From positions 6,703-70,702 of the forward strand of contig WQSW01000003.1 of assembly GCA_009787695.1 (NCBI GenBank): 64,000 nt of DNA. Reading direction: 5' to 3'. Below, piece after piece: positions 49,359 through 58,258 of the stretch. A model generated the notes under the pieces. It did not search any database. It was not told the origin of the DNA and worked only from the letters and a program-made list of their open reading frames with translations. The position numbers and the translations under genes were made by a program. Position 1 is the first letter of the stretch; each line of letters begins with the position of its first letter. This stretch comes from Treponema sp. (GTDB taxonomy: Bacteria; Spirochaetota; Spirochaetia; Treponematales; Breznakiellaceae).

Positions 49359-50105
49359 TTAACCCAAAATCCTCTGCTTATAGGCTGTTCCTATCCGCGC
49401 AAGGGTTTTTAAAACGGTTTCTCCCGGCAGGGATTGTTGTTTCAAATCGATGGTAAATTGGTTCATGGAAAAATGCCGGAAAATATAAAGCTGTTTGTAT
49501 AGTTCGCTCTTGTTTGCGTATAACAATTTTAAACTTTCTGTATAGCTTTCAAAAAGCCCGTTTTTCCGCATTTCTGAATAGCCTGTTATCCATACAGGGC
49601 AGTTAAACGCTTCATGAAAACCGACAAGAAGTGATGCCATCTTTTTTTGGGATTCTTCAATTGCTTGTGCAATGGTTTTTCCGTTTGTTTCTAACAGGCA
49701 AAGTTGGCGCAATTCAATTGTGCGCGGAGAATGGATTGGAGTTTTATTTAAAATTATTACATTTTTATAAAAATCAATTTTAAGTGCGGGATTATTCTGA
49801 AAAAACTTATTTGCTATTTTTCCTGACGGTCCGACAAGGTAGCGTCTGTTTTCTGACTTTTGTTCGCGCTGTCCCGGATTATCCGCAACCAATATCAATT
49901 TGACCTCATCGTTTATTGTCAGATCGTCTAACGCCGTGTTATACACAACAGGAGTTTCAACTTTGTAATGATTCTTTTCGTTCCTGCTGTTAATAAAATG
50001 CTGCTGAATGTTTTTTAATTTTGGAAGCGAGCTGATGAGTTCTTCTGTGATTTTGCGAAATTGCTCTCTTACTTTTATGTATTTATCCCATTCATCTTTT
50101 GTCAT
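49359..50105 (-). CDS. divergent uracil-DNA glycosylase superfamily-like protein
   Basis: 248 aa. LILVADNPGQREQ..RRYLVGPSGK resembles UDG family-4/5 motif A (GExPG..E...PFVGxAGk). The C-terminal IFRHFSMNQ resembles motif B (HPSxxxxN). Confidence 0.4.
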   Translation of the reverse strand: MTKDEWDKYIKVREQFRKITEELISSLPKLKNIQQHFINSRNEKNHYKVETPVVYNTALDDLTINDEVKLILVADNPGQREQKSENRRYLVGPSGKIANKFFQNNPALKIDFYKNVIILNKTPIHSPRTIELRQLCLLETNGKTIAQAIEESQKKMASLLVGFHEAFNCPVWITGYSEMRKNGLFESYTESLKLLYANKSELYKQLYIFRHFSMNQFTIDLKQQSLPGETVLKTLARIGTAYKQRILG

Positions 50106-50117
50106 AATCTGCGTTTT

Positions 50118-53100
50118 TTATCCGCGTGAAATTATCTCTAATGTCAGTTCAACTTCACCGATTGATCTGCCTACTGTCTTTGCAATTTCTTCAACTTTCC
50201 AGCCTTGTTCCCAGAGTCTTCTGATGTTATCGCGTTCCATCGGAGGCGGCGCGCCTTCGTTTGCTTTTTTCTTACCGGTTTCCCTGTCGATAAGGTCTTT
50301 TCCAAGATTGACATAATCTTTTGCTTCTTTGTTTAGTGCATTCAGTCTTGTTTCAATATTTGCAAGCCATTCGCGGGCAACATTCATAACGGTGATTCGC
50401 TCTTCAATTTTTGCAAGCGCATCTTCAAGGATCGCGATTTTTTCAATGGCGTTATTCGCTTTGTCACTTTGTGCCGCCATATCAGCTATTGATACATGGA
50501 GTCTGTCAAATTGATCCGATAACGAAGTGATGATGGATTCTGTTGTCTTAATAGATGTTTCAGTTTTTTGCAATAATTTAAAGTTTCGATCTATACCTTC
50601 TGTTGTTTCTTCAAGTACATCGTTCTTCTTTTCTATGCGCTGATATTTTTCTTCTGTTTCTTTTATTGCAGCTTCAAGTTTTCGTAATTTAATTTGTTCT
50701 GCCTGCAGAATATCATTTGATGAGGTTACTTGATTTAATTTTTCTTCAACTTCTGCAGAAGTTCTTATAAGAGTGCCGAACCTTTCTTCCATAAGTTCGA
50801 TGCGGCGGTTTTCAGAGAGGAATCTTGTCATCTTGTTGTTTACGTCGTCTCCAAGACGTTTAACATGGTTAAGATCATTTTCAAGTTTTAATATATCTGT
50901 CTTTTGATGCTCCAATCGATCAAGGTTTGTTTTATTTTCTTCTATACGCCTGTCAAGCTCTTCTTTAAGATTTTCCGTTTCCGCATGGATTTTTTTCTGT
51001 TCGGTAAGTTCTCTGCGGATATCTTCTATATTTAAACGGAATTGAGAAATACGCTCTTCGTTCTCGGCTGCAATTTCTCTGCTGTATTTGCCGAGTTTTT
51101 CCAGAGTGTCGTCCATTTCGCGCATTCTTGCAGCATATTGTATTTCCCAGTCATCAAGAGATTGGCGGGTGTTACGCGAAGTTTCTTCAAGTTCACTGTA
51201 TTCGTTGCTGCAATGACGCGAAATTTCTTCAATTTCTTTTTCAAGTTCTCTTTGTTTTTCCCGCAGAATTTCCTGCATGGTAATCTGATGCTTCCCTACC
51301 TGTGTTTTTACTTCGTTCTCGGAAGAAACACGCATTTCCGTCAAGTCTTGTTTTAACTGACTTGCAAATGCGGCACGCGCTTCATCTACGCTGTGCATTT
51401 CTTCTCTTATGCCCATTTCAAAAGCAGATACTTCTTGTTTGAATCTTTCAAGATCGGTTGTTAATTTGTCTCCCATTGCAGCGACAAGTTCTCTTTGATC
51501 AGATGTGATGCGTTCTTCTGCAAGCTTCCAATCATTTGTAAGCTTATCTTCGCTGCTGATAAAGCGTTCATGTATACCGGACTGCCAGTCTGCAATTTGC
51601 CTTCCCATTTCTGATGCGCGTTTTCCAAGCTCTGCTGTAAATTCGCTTTCAAAAGAAATGAGTTTTTCTGAAACATTGTTGTATGCTGTCTGTCTGATGC
51701 CGTCAAGTTCTTTATTCATTTCGTCAAGTTCTTTTTGCAGGATTTGAACTTGTGCATCAAAGGCGGAAGAGGCAGAATCCATGTTTGTTACAGATTCTTT
51801 TTCGAATAACGCAAAATCTTTTCTTACTTTTGTTACCGCTTCTTCCATAGAGTAACGCAGTTCTGTTTCAAGAGAGGAGGCGTCATCTGCAAGACTGTTA
51901 AGCCGTCTTACAGCCTCATCGTAGGTTTTTTTGAAATCATCAAGACGCTTTTCGTTAGCCGAAACTATACTTATTTCTGTGTTATTGCAAAGAGTTTTCC
52001 ATGCTTCAAATTGACTGTTAAGAGCTTCAGTAATATCATTTTGCTGATTAGATACCGCTGCACTTGATTTTTCTTTAATGTCTTTTATAGCGGTATCAAT
52101 ATCGATTTGGTGCTGTTTAATAATTGCATCGGTTTTTTGTTTTATTTCTTTTAATGAGGAAGAAAGTTCGTCTTGCTGCGCATTGAAAGAGATACTTGCA
52201 GTTTCTTTTATTTCTTTTAAAGATGAATCAATTTCATGCTGATGCTGCCTGACAGCCGTATCAGATTTTGTTTTAATTTCTTTAAGTAAAGAAGAAAGTT
52301 CGTCTTGCTGTGTTTTAATTGAACTTTCAGAATTTTCTTTTAATGCTCTTAGTACCGAAGAAAGTTCATCTTGCTGAGTTTTAACAGAGGTATCCGATTT
52401 TATTTTCATTTCACCAAGTGCGGAGGAAAGTTCGTCTTCTTGTGTCTTAACGGTAGTTTCTAATTTTTCTTTTAATGCTCTTAGTACCGAAGAAAGTTCG
52501 TCTTGCTGTGTTTTAATTAAACTGCCTGAATTTTCTTTTAGTGTTCTTAAAACAGAAGAAAGTTCATCTTGCTGTGTTTTAACAGAGGCATCCGATTTAA
52601 TTTTCATTTCACTAAGTGCGGAGGAAAGTTCGTCTTGCTGTGTTTTGATAGAGGTATCCGATTTAATTTTCATTTCACCAAGTGCGGAGGAAAGTTCGTC
52701 TTCTTGTGTCTTAACGGTAGTTTCTAATTTTTCTTTTAATGCTCTTAATACCGAAGAAAGTTCATCTTGCTGTGTTTTGATTAAGCTGCCGGAATTTTCT
52801 TTTAGTGTTCTTAGAACAGAAGAAAGTTCATCTTGTTGTGTTTTAACGGAGGTATCCGATTTAATTTTCATTTCACCAAGTGCGGAGGAAAGTTCGTCCT
52901 GCTGTGTTTTAATTGAACTTTCAGAATTTTCTTTTAATGTTTTTAGTACCGAAGAAAGTTCATCTTGCTGTGTTTTGATAGAGGTATCCGATTTAGTTTT
53001 CATCTCACCAAGTGCAGAGGAAAGTTCGTCCTGTTGTGTTTTAATTGAACTTTCAGAATTTTCTTTTAATGCTTTTAGTACCGAAGAAAGTTCATCTTGC

Positions 53101-54785
53101 TGTGTTTTGATAGAGGTATCCGATTTAGTTTTCATCTCACCAAGTGCAGAGGAAAGTTCGTCTTCTTGTGTTTTAACGGTAGTTTCTAATTTTTCTTTAA
53201 GCGCATTAAGTGTTGCAAAAAGTTCTGTTTGCTGTGTTGTTACGGAATTTTTTGAATCTTCTTTAAGTTCATTAAGTATTAAAGCAAGTTCGCTCTGATG
53301 CTGCTTTATAATAGTATTTGATTTTTCTTTTGCGTCTTTAAGGCTTGCAGAAAGTTCATCTTGCTGCTGTTTTTGTATTGTTTTTGATTGTCCCTGCATT
53401 TCTGCAAGCAGTGAATTAAGACGTACAAGAACATCGTTTGTTTCTTGTTGCTGTTGTTTAACTGCATTGTTGGATTTTTCTTTAAGTTCTGTCATAGAAG
53501 TTAAAATTTCTTTTTGCTGCGATTTGACAGATGCATCAAGATCGTCCTGCTGTTGTTTAATTGCCGCCTGCGATTTATTGCGTAAATCTAAAATCGATTG
53601 ATTTAATTCTGTTTTTGCAGAATTTAAACTTGTGTCAAGTTCTTTGCGTTGTTTTTCCGCAGATTTTTTTAACTCAAGTAAATTTTGTTTCCAATCATTT
53701 TGCTGCTGCAGTAAAGATGAATTAATTGCTTCTTTTTCTTTTGTCATTGCACTTGATACTTCATCCTGCTGGCGTGCAAGAGAAGCTAAAATATCTTCTT
53801 TTTGTTTTTTTGCCGCAGCGTTCAATTCTGCAGAACTTTTTAACCAATCTTGATACACAGTTTTTTGTTTTGTGCCGATTTCTGTAATTTCTGTATTGCA
53901 TTTTTCATGAAGTATTTTTAATCTATCTGTTATTGATGTTTGCTCAGTTTTTAAAATATCTTGCGATGTTTTTATTTTTTCTTCAATGAATATTTTTATT
54001 TGATCGACGCGTTCCATTGCTTGTTCGCGTAACTTAACAAGAGCCGCTTCTTCCATCTTATCTGCGCGTTTTCCGGCGTTTTCAAGAACATCTTTTAAAA
54101 GCTTTTTAATTTGTTCCATGTCATGTGCAATAGCCGCTTCGCGCTCGCTTTCTACTTTTAAAATGGCATCTCTGTACCCTTCAACTTTTTCCTCGATAGA
54201 ACGGGCGGTAGATTCAAAATCAGAAACATATGATTTTGCAGATGCAAGTACATCTTCCGCTGTTTGTTCAATGGTTTCCGTATTCTGTTTTTCAAGACGC
54301 GCTTGTGTATCCTGAAGATTCCTGCCCGCAGCCTCCAGAGCTTTTTCAACTTGTTCCAGCTTATCTTTGGTTTCGCTTATTTTTTTGTTTGTGCTGTCTA
54401 CAAAAGCAGATTCATCTCTTATGCGGCTTAAATTTTCCTGAACCCTGTCTGTCATTCCGAACAATTCTTCAAGTGATGATTCAAAAGCCTGTATATGTCC
54501 TTCAATTCGGGCTATTGCTTCTGATTTTTTTGCTAACTCATCTTCTGTTAATTGCTGAATCTCTTTCATTAACTGGGCGGCAGCTCTTTTTTCAACATCC
54601 AGCTCTATACCGAAATTCTTTACCGCCATTCCTTTTTCTTTGGCATAAACGGAAATTTCTTCTTTACACTTTTCTACGAATTTTTTGATCTTTTCAATAT
54701 TGCGGTATTTTTTATCTGTCAGCCTGAACAGGACTAAGATGCATAAAACGATCCCAAGCGTTATTATATTTCCAACTGTGAACAT
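50118..54785 (-). CDS. giant membrane-anchored coiled-coil repeat protein with C-terminal HTH-like domain
   Basis: 1555 aa. N-terminal TM (IITLGIVLCILVLF) and about 1450 aa that are almost entirely alpha-helical and charged. About 20 tandem 22-aa repeats (KTQQDELSS.L..(L/M)K......). The last ~45 aa (DNIRRLWEQGWKVEEIAKTVGRSIGEVELTLEIISRG) resemble a sigma-70 region-4-type HTH. Confidence 0.85.
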   Translation of the reverse strand: MFTVGNIITLGIVLCILVLFRLTDKKYRNIEKIKKFVEKCKEEISVYAKEKGMAVKNFGIELDVEKRAAAQLMKEIQQLTEDELAKKSEAIARIEGHIQAFESSLEELFGMTDRVQENLSRIRDESAFVDSTNKKISETKDKLEQVEKALEAAGRNLQDTQARLEKQNTETIEQTAEDVLASAKSYVSDFESTARSIEEKVEGYRDAILKVESEREAAIAHDMEQIKKLLKDVLENAGKRADKMEEAALVKLREQAMERVDQIKIFIEEKIKTSQDILKTEQTSITDRLKILHEKCNTEITEIGTKQKTVYQDWLKSSAELNAAAKKQKEDILASLARQQDEVSSAMTKEKEAINSSLLQQQNDWKQNLLELKKSAEKQRKELDTSLNSAKTELNQSILDLRNKSQAAIKQQQDDLDASVKSQQKEILTSMTELKEKSNNAVKQQQQETNDVLVRLNSLLAEMQGQSKTIQKQQQDELSASLKDAKEKSNTIIKQHQSELALILNELKEDSKNSVTTQQTELFATLNALKEKLETTVKTQEDELSSALGEMKTKSDTSIKTQQDELSSVLKALKENSESSIKTQQDELSSALGEMKTKSDTSIKTQQDELSSVLKTLKENSESSIKTQQDELSSALGEMKIKSDTSVKTQQDELSSVLRTLKENSGSLIKTQQDELSSVLRALKEKLETTVKTQEDELSSALGEMKIKSDTSIKTQQDELSSALSEMKIKSDASVKTQQDELSSVLRTLKENSGSLIKTQQDELSSVLRALKEKLETTVKTQEDELSSALGEMKIKSDTSVKTQQDELSSVLRALKENSESSIKTQQDELSSLLKEIKTKSDTAVRQHQHEIDSSLKEIKETASISFNAQQDELSSSLKEIKQKTDAIIKQHQIDIDTAIKDIKEKSSAAVSNQQNDITEALNSQFEAWKTLCNNTEISIVSANEKRLDDFKKTYDEAVRRLNSLADDASSLETELRYSMEEAVTKVRKDFALFEKESVTNMDSASSAFDAQVQILQKELDEMNKELDGIRQTAYNNVSEKLISFESEFTAELGKRASEMGRQIADWQSGIHERFISSEDKLTNDWKLAEERITSDQRELVAAMGDKLTTDLERFKQEVSAFEMGIREEMHSVDEARAAFASQLKQDLTEMRVSSENEVKTQVGKHQITMQEILREKQRELEKEIEEISRHCSNEYSELEETSRNTRQSLDDWEIQYAARMREMDDTLEKLGKYSREIAAENEERISQFRLNIEDIRRELTEQKKIHAETENLKEELDRRIEENKTNLDRLEHQKTDILKLENDLNHVKRLGDDVNNKMTRFLSENRRIELMEERFGTLIRTSAEVEEKLNQVTSSNDILQAEQIKLRKLEAAIKETEEKYQRIEKKNDVLEETTEGIDRNFKLLQKTETSIKTTESIITSLSDQFDRLHVSIADMAAQSDKANNAIEKIAILEDALAKIEERITVMNVAREWLANIETRLNALNKEAKDYVNLGKDLIDRETGKKKANEGAPPPMERDNIRRLWEQGWKVEEIAKTVGRSIGEVELTLEIISRG
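52251..53240. repeat. tandem 66-bp repeat array (about 15 units) with a near-identical 264-bp higher-order duplication
   Basis: Units encode 22-aa blocks of four subtypes: ..ALGEMK(T/I)KSDTS(I/V), ..VLKALKENSESSI, ..VLRTLKENSGSLI and ..VLRALKEKLETTV. The four-unit block at ~52380-52645 recurs at ~52645-52910 with only a few substitutions. Confidence 0.9.
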
Positions 54786-54824
54786 CAGTATTATACTCCC
54801 TCCCTGAATAATACTTTCTATAGG

Positions 54825-55505
54825 TTACTGTAACATATAATCAAAGAAATGGCGATAGCTATGGAAAGAAAAGTCAGGTTTTGGCTTATTTTTATTTAAC
54901 GACAAGATCGGTTTAATCAACGCAGTTTTCATTCCCGCTCTTGCCGCTCCTATAACATCATACCGATGACTGTTTCCCACATAGATGATCTGTTCGGGAG
55001 GCAGAGACATCGCTTCGGCAAGTTTTAAAAATGACAAAGGATGAGGTTTAAGCGCACCGCAATGTTCGGAACAAAGAACGGCATCCCAATATCCTGAAAG
55101 GTGCAGATTTTCTAATTTTGTTTCCGGCGGAAAGTCCGATAAAAGCCCTAATTTATATCCTGCTTTCCGCAAAGCATCTAAAGTTTCATGTACCATATCA
55201 AAAAGTTTAATACCCTTAAAGAGCGGTTCCCATCCTCTGTAAATAAGTCTATCTGTTTTTTCTTTTAAAAGGTCCGGCTTAACTGAAAGTATTTTCGCAG
55301 TTATTTCCGCTTGATACTGATAAAAATCGCCTTTGGGGAGGATGTCTTTTTCCTGTTCCGCGCGGATTATATTTCTTGCCTTACCGAAAGCGGCAAGCAT
55401 GCGTAATTCTTTAAAAATAAAAGGTAAAAGTCTTGTATTTAAACGGTAGTTTGGATAAAGAGTACCGTCGAGATCAAATGCAACTCCTTTAATGTTTGTG
55501 TGCAT
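54825..55505 (-). CDS. HAD-superfamily hydrolase (subfamily IA-like)
   Basis: 226 aa. Motif I VAFDLDGTLY, motif II LLSDF (S/T), motif IV YVGNSHRYDVIGA. Confidence 0.85.
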   Translation of the reverse strand: MHTNIKGVAFDLDGTLYPNYRLNTRLLPFIFKELRMLAAFGKARNIIRAEQEKDILPKGDFYQYQAEITAKILSVKPDLLKEKTDRLIYRGWEPLFKGIKLFDMVHETLDALRKAGYKLGLLSDFPPETKLENLHLSGYWDAVLCSEHCGALKPHPLSFLKLAEAMSLPPEQIIYVGNSHRYDVIGAARAGMKTALIKPILSLNKNKPKPDFSFHSYRHFFDYMLQ

Positions 55506-55573
55506 TTATAAAGTATAACATTTTAATAAGGGTGTGGAAAAGGTGTGAATAAGGTGATTGTCACCATTCATTA

Positions 55574-56914
55574 TTAAGGTTCAAATCTGTTTGTGACGGG
55601 AATCTTTACTAAATTTACAAAATGTCTTGGATAGCGGTTTCGGAATGCGTTAAACGAAGTTTCGGCGGCGCTTTCAAAGACTGCGATTCCAAAGGTGCCA
55701 TATTCATCAAAATACGGGACAAGAGCTGCTATGTGAAAATATTGCCGCAGGCGGGGAGTGCCGCGCAAAGATGTTGGTGTGGAAAATTCGGTATTAACCG
55801 CCGCTAAATAAAAACTGTAAGGTTCTTCAATAGCAAGAGTGTAGAGCAGAGGGCGCAAGCCTTCAATTCCATAGCCGGCTTCCGGCAGAAAACCCGGATA
55901 TGTATGATCGATGAATGTTCTGTTCTGATTGACTCTAATTAAAGAAAAATTATTATTGCGAATCTCAAATTCATCAAGAACGCCGTATGCAGGACTGCGT
56001 AAAACCGTATTCGCCTGTGCCGCCAAATTTCTGATCCAATCAAGACCGAAGAAAACATCTTTCCTTTCTTCCCAATTTACAGTGAACGAAGACCCCCTGT
56101 CTCCGAAAGGCGCGCTTAACGGCGTAACTTGCAATCTTTTCCCTGTTACAGGACGGAGCATACCGTCAATCAACCATTTTGCAAAACCCGAACAGTTAAG
56201 CCCTGCCGCAGAGGGCGTTTGCTGCTGAAGTGTTTTTATTAAAACATAATTTCCGTTTTCGTCAATTGCACCGTCATCTGCAAAGCGCAAACCGATAATC
56301 TTTTCACGAACCAGAGAAATAAAAGTACGTGTATCTTTGTAAATTGCGATATCGGGCTCAAAGTATTTAAGAGGGAATTTTCCTTCTATCAGTTTGATTA
56401 TGTCGTTTAACGGCATTGTATACAGTCGTTCAAAAGGAACTGCGACAGGCAAAGAACGTGTAAGGTATGCGCCGTAAACAACAGCATCCATCAGGCATTT
56501 TTCGTTATCAAAAGGACGGAATTGAATATGGGTGTTTTGATCGCTTCGTAAAAATATTCTGATTAATGTACCCGCTCCTGTATCTTTGCGTCTTGTCAGC
56601 ATCCATGAGCCTTGAGCCCAGCCGGGAAAATTCCCTGAGGCTCTGCGTTCAATGCCGCTCATCTGTTCCCGCGAAATTATAACGATAAACTCTTCTCTTC
56701 CTTCTGTCGCGCTTACCTGCACTCTCTCGCCTGTTTCCAGATATTCAATTCTTGGATTTCTTGCAAGAACATTTCTTGCAGTGTCTAAAAACCATGCATC
56801 TTTCAAGTTATTTCTTAAAATCGAGTCATCCGATATACGCGATACAGGCAGGTCAAGCCCGTTTACAGGCGAAAAACTTACAAAAAAAAGTAAAAATATT
56901 AAAAATAAAGACAT
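55574..56914 (-). CDS. hypothetical secreted protein (possible papain-like/NlpC-P60-like Cys motif)
   Basis: The start at 56914 gives a signal peptide MSLFLIFLLFFVSFSPVNG. About 446 aa. The only motif noticed is GLNCSGFAKWLIDG, reminiscent of the catalytic DCSGF of NlpC/P60 peptidases. Confidence 0.5.
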   Translation of the reverse strand: MSLFLIFLLFFVSFSPVNGLDLPVSRISDDSILRNNLKDAWFLDTARNVLARNPRIEYLETGERVQVSATEGREEFIVIISREQMSGIERRASGNFPGWAQGSWMLTRRKDTGAGTLIRIFLRSDQNTHIQFRPFDNEKCLMDAVVYGAYLTRSLPVAVPFERLYTMPLNDIIKLIEGKFPLKYFEPDIAIYKDTRTFISLVREKIIGLRFADDGAIDENGNYVLIKTLQQQTPSAAGLNCSGFAKWLIDGMLRPVTGKRLQVTPLSAPFGDRGSSFTVNWEERKDVFFGLDWIRNLAAQANTVLRSPAYGVLDEFEIRNNNFSLIRVNQNRTFIDHTYPGFLPEAGYGIEGLRPLLYTLAIEEPYSFYLAAVNTEFSTPTSLRGTPRLRQYFHIAALVPYFDEYGTFGIAVFESAAETSFNAFRNRYPRHFVNLVKIPVTNRFEP

Positions 56915-56965
56915 ATCTGCTTCTATTATCGGTAAAAATCCATTAAAATGAAGATGGAGGCACAT

Positions 56966-58192
56966 ATGAAACTGTATAGTCGCGGTCAGGTTATCTTATT
57001 TTCTTTATTAAGCGGCATTATTGTTCTGCTGTTTGCTATCGGCTTCGGATTGATTAAACCGAAAGTAAAAAGCGCTGACATTGAAAATACCGATATAAGT
57101 TTAAAAAACAAAAACGACCAATCAAATGAGTTTAAATTGCTTCAATCTGAACAAATCGCGTTGAATACATCAGACCTTGTTGAATATTCAGAAAGCGAGC
57201 GGGAAAACATCGCTATTTATGAGCGGTTAAATTCCGCTGTTGTAAATATTACCACCGAGACTATGGCAATCAACTGGTTTTTGGAGCCTGTCCCGCAGGA
57301 AGGCAGTTCCGGTTCAGGTTCAATTATAGATATTAGGGGCTATGTCCTTACCAATAACCATGTGATTCAAAACGCCCACAGAGTTTTTATCAATCTTGCA
57401 GACGGCAGTCAGTTTGAAGGCACAATAATCGGCGTAGACCCGGAAAACGACATCGCCGTTTTAAAATTTGATCCGCCGCAGGGGACGGAGTTAAGGACGA
57501 TACCTTACGGCGATTCTTCTAACCTTCTTGTCGGGCAGAAGGTTCTTGCAATCGGCAATCCCTTCGCCCTTGAACGCACGCTGACTGTGGGAATCGTTTC
57601 CGGTTTGGGCCGCCCGATTCAAACATCGCGTAACCGCATCATACGCGACATGATTCAAACTGATGCATCGATCAATCCCGGCAATTCAGGCGGTCCCTTG
57701 CTCGACACTCAAGGAAGGATGATAGGCATCAACACGATGATTTATTCCCCGTCAGGCGGCTCTGTGGGTATCGGCTTTGCCGTTCCTGTAAATACAGCAA
57801 AGCGCGTAGTAAATGAAATTATCCAATTCGGAAAAGTGCGCCGCGGCTGGATCGACGCGAATGTCGTTCAAATTTTTCCAAGCCTTGTCCGTTACGCAAG
57901 ATTGCCTGTTAATTCAGGCTTGCTTGTTTCGCGCACACGCAGGGGAGGGCTTGCGGAAAGAGCGGGCTTGCGTCAGGGAACAGAGCCTGTCCAATACGGG
58001 CGCAGCGTAATCTATATAGGCGGTGACATTATCACATCTGTAAACAACCTTAAGACAAATTCATTGGCAGACCTTTATGCTTCCCTCGAAGCATGCAAAC
58101 CCGGTGATGTTGTAAAGGTGGAAATAATGCGCGGGGATCAAACCAGCGTTTTGGAAATTACTTTATCAGACAGAGAAGAGGTAATGAATTAG
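56966..58192 (+). CDS. HtrA/DegP-family trypsin-like serine protease with one PDZ domain
   Basis: The start at 56966 follows GGAGG. N-terminal TM anchor. Catalytic triad contexts TNNHV, DIAVLK, GNSGGPL. C-terminal PDZ (GLLVSRTRRGGLAERAGL). Confidence 0.9.
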   Translation: MKLYSRGQVILFSLLSGIIVLLFAIGFGLIKPKVKSADIENTDISLKNKNDQSNEFKLLQSEQIALNTSDLVEYSESERENIAIYERLNSAVVNITTETMAINWFLEPVPQEGSSGSGSIIDIRGYVLTNNHVIQNAHRVFINLADGSQFEGTIIGVDPENDIAVLKFDPPQGTELRTIPYGDSSNLLVGQKVLAIGNPFALERTLTVGIVSGLGRPIQTSRNRIIRDMIQTDASINPGNSGGPLLDTQGRMIGINTMIYSPSGGSVGIGFAVPVNTAKRVVNEIIQFGKVRRGWIDANVVQIFPSLVRYARLPVNSGLLVSRTRRGGLAERAGLRQGTEPVQYGRSVIYIGGDIITSVNNLKTNSLADLYASLEACKPGDVVKVEIMRGDQTSVLEITLSDREEVMN

Positions 58193-58258
58193 CAGAGAAT
58201 GCAATAGATCAGTCTTTTTACAAATAAAAAAGATATATTAAAAACACAGGATGTAAGT

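Noticed and set aside
52645-53298. 217-aa plus-strand ORF (Ser/Cys/Glu-rich, itself repetitive)
   Set aside because: It is antisense to the tandem 66-bp repeats of the giant coiled-coil gene. The open frame is a by-product of the repeat periodicity. The minus-strand frame is continuous for 1555 codons with a coherent architecture.
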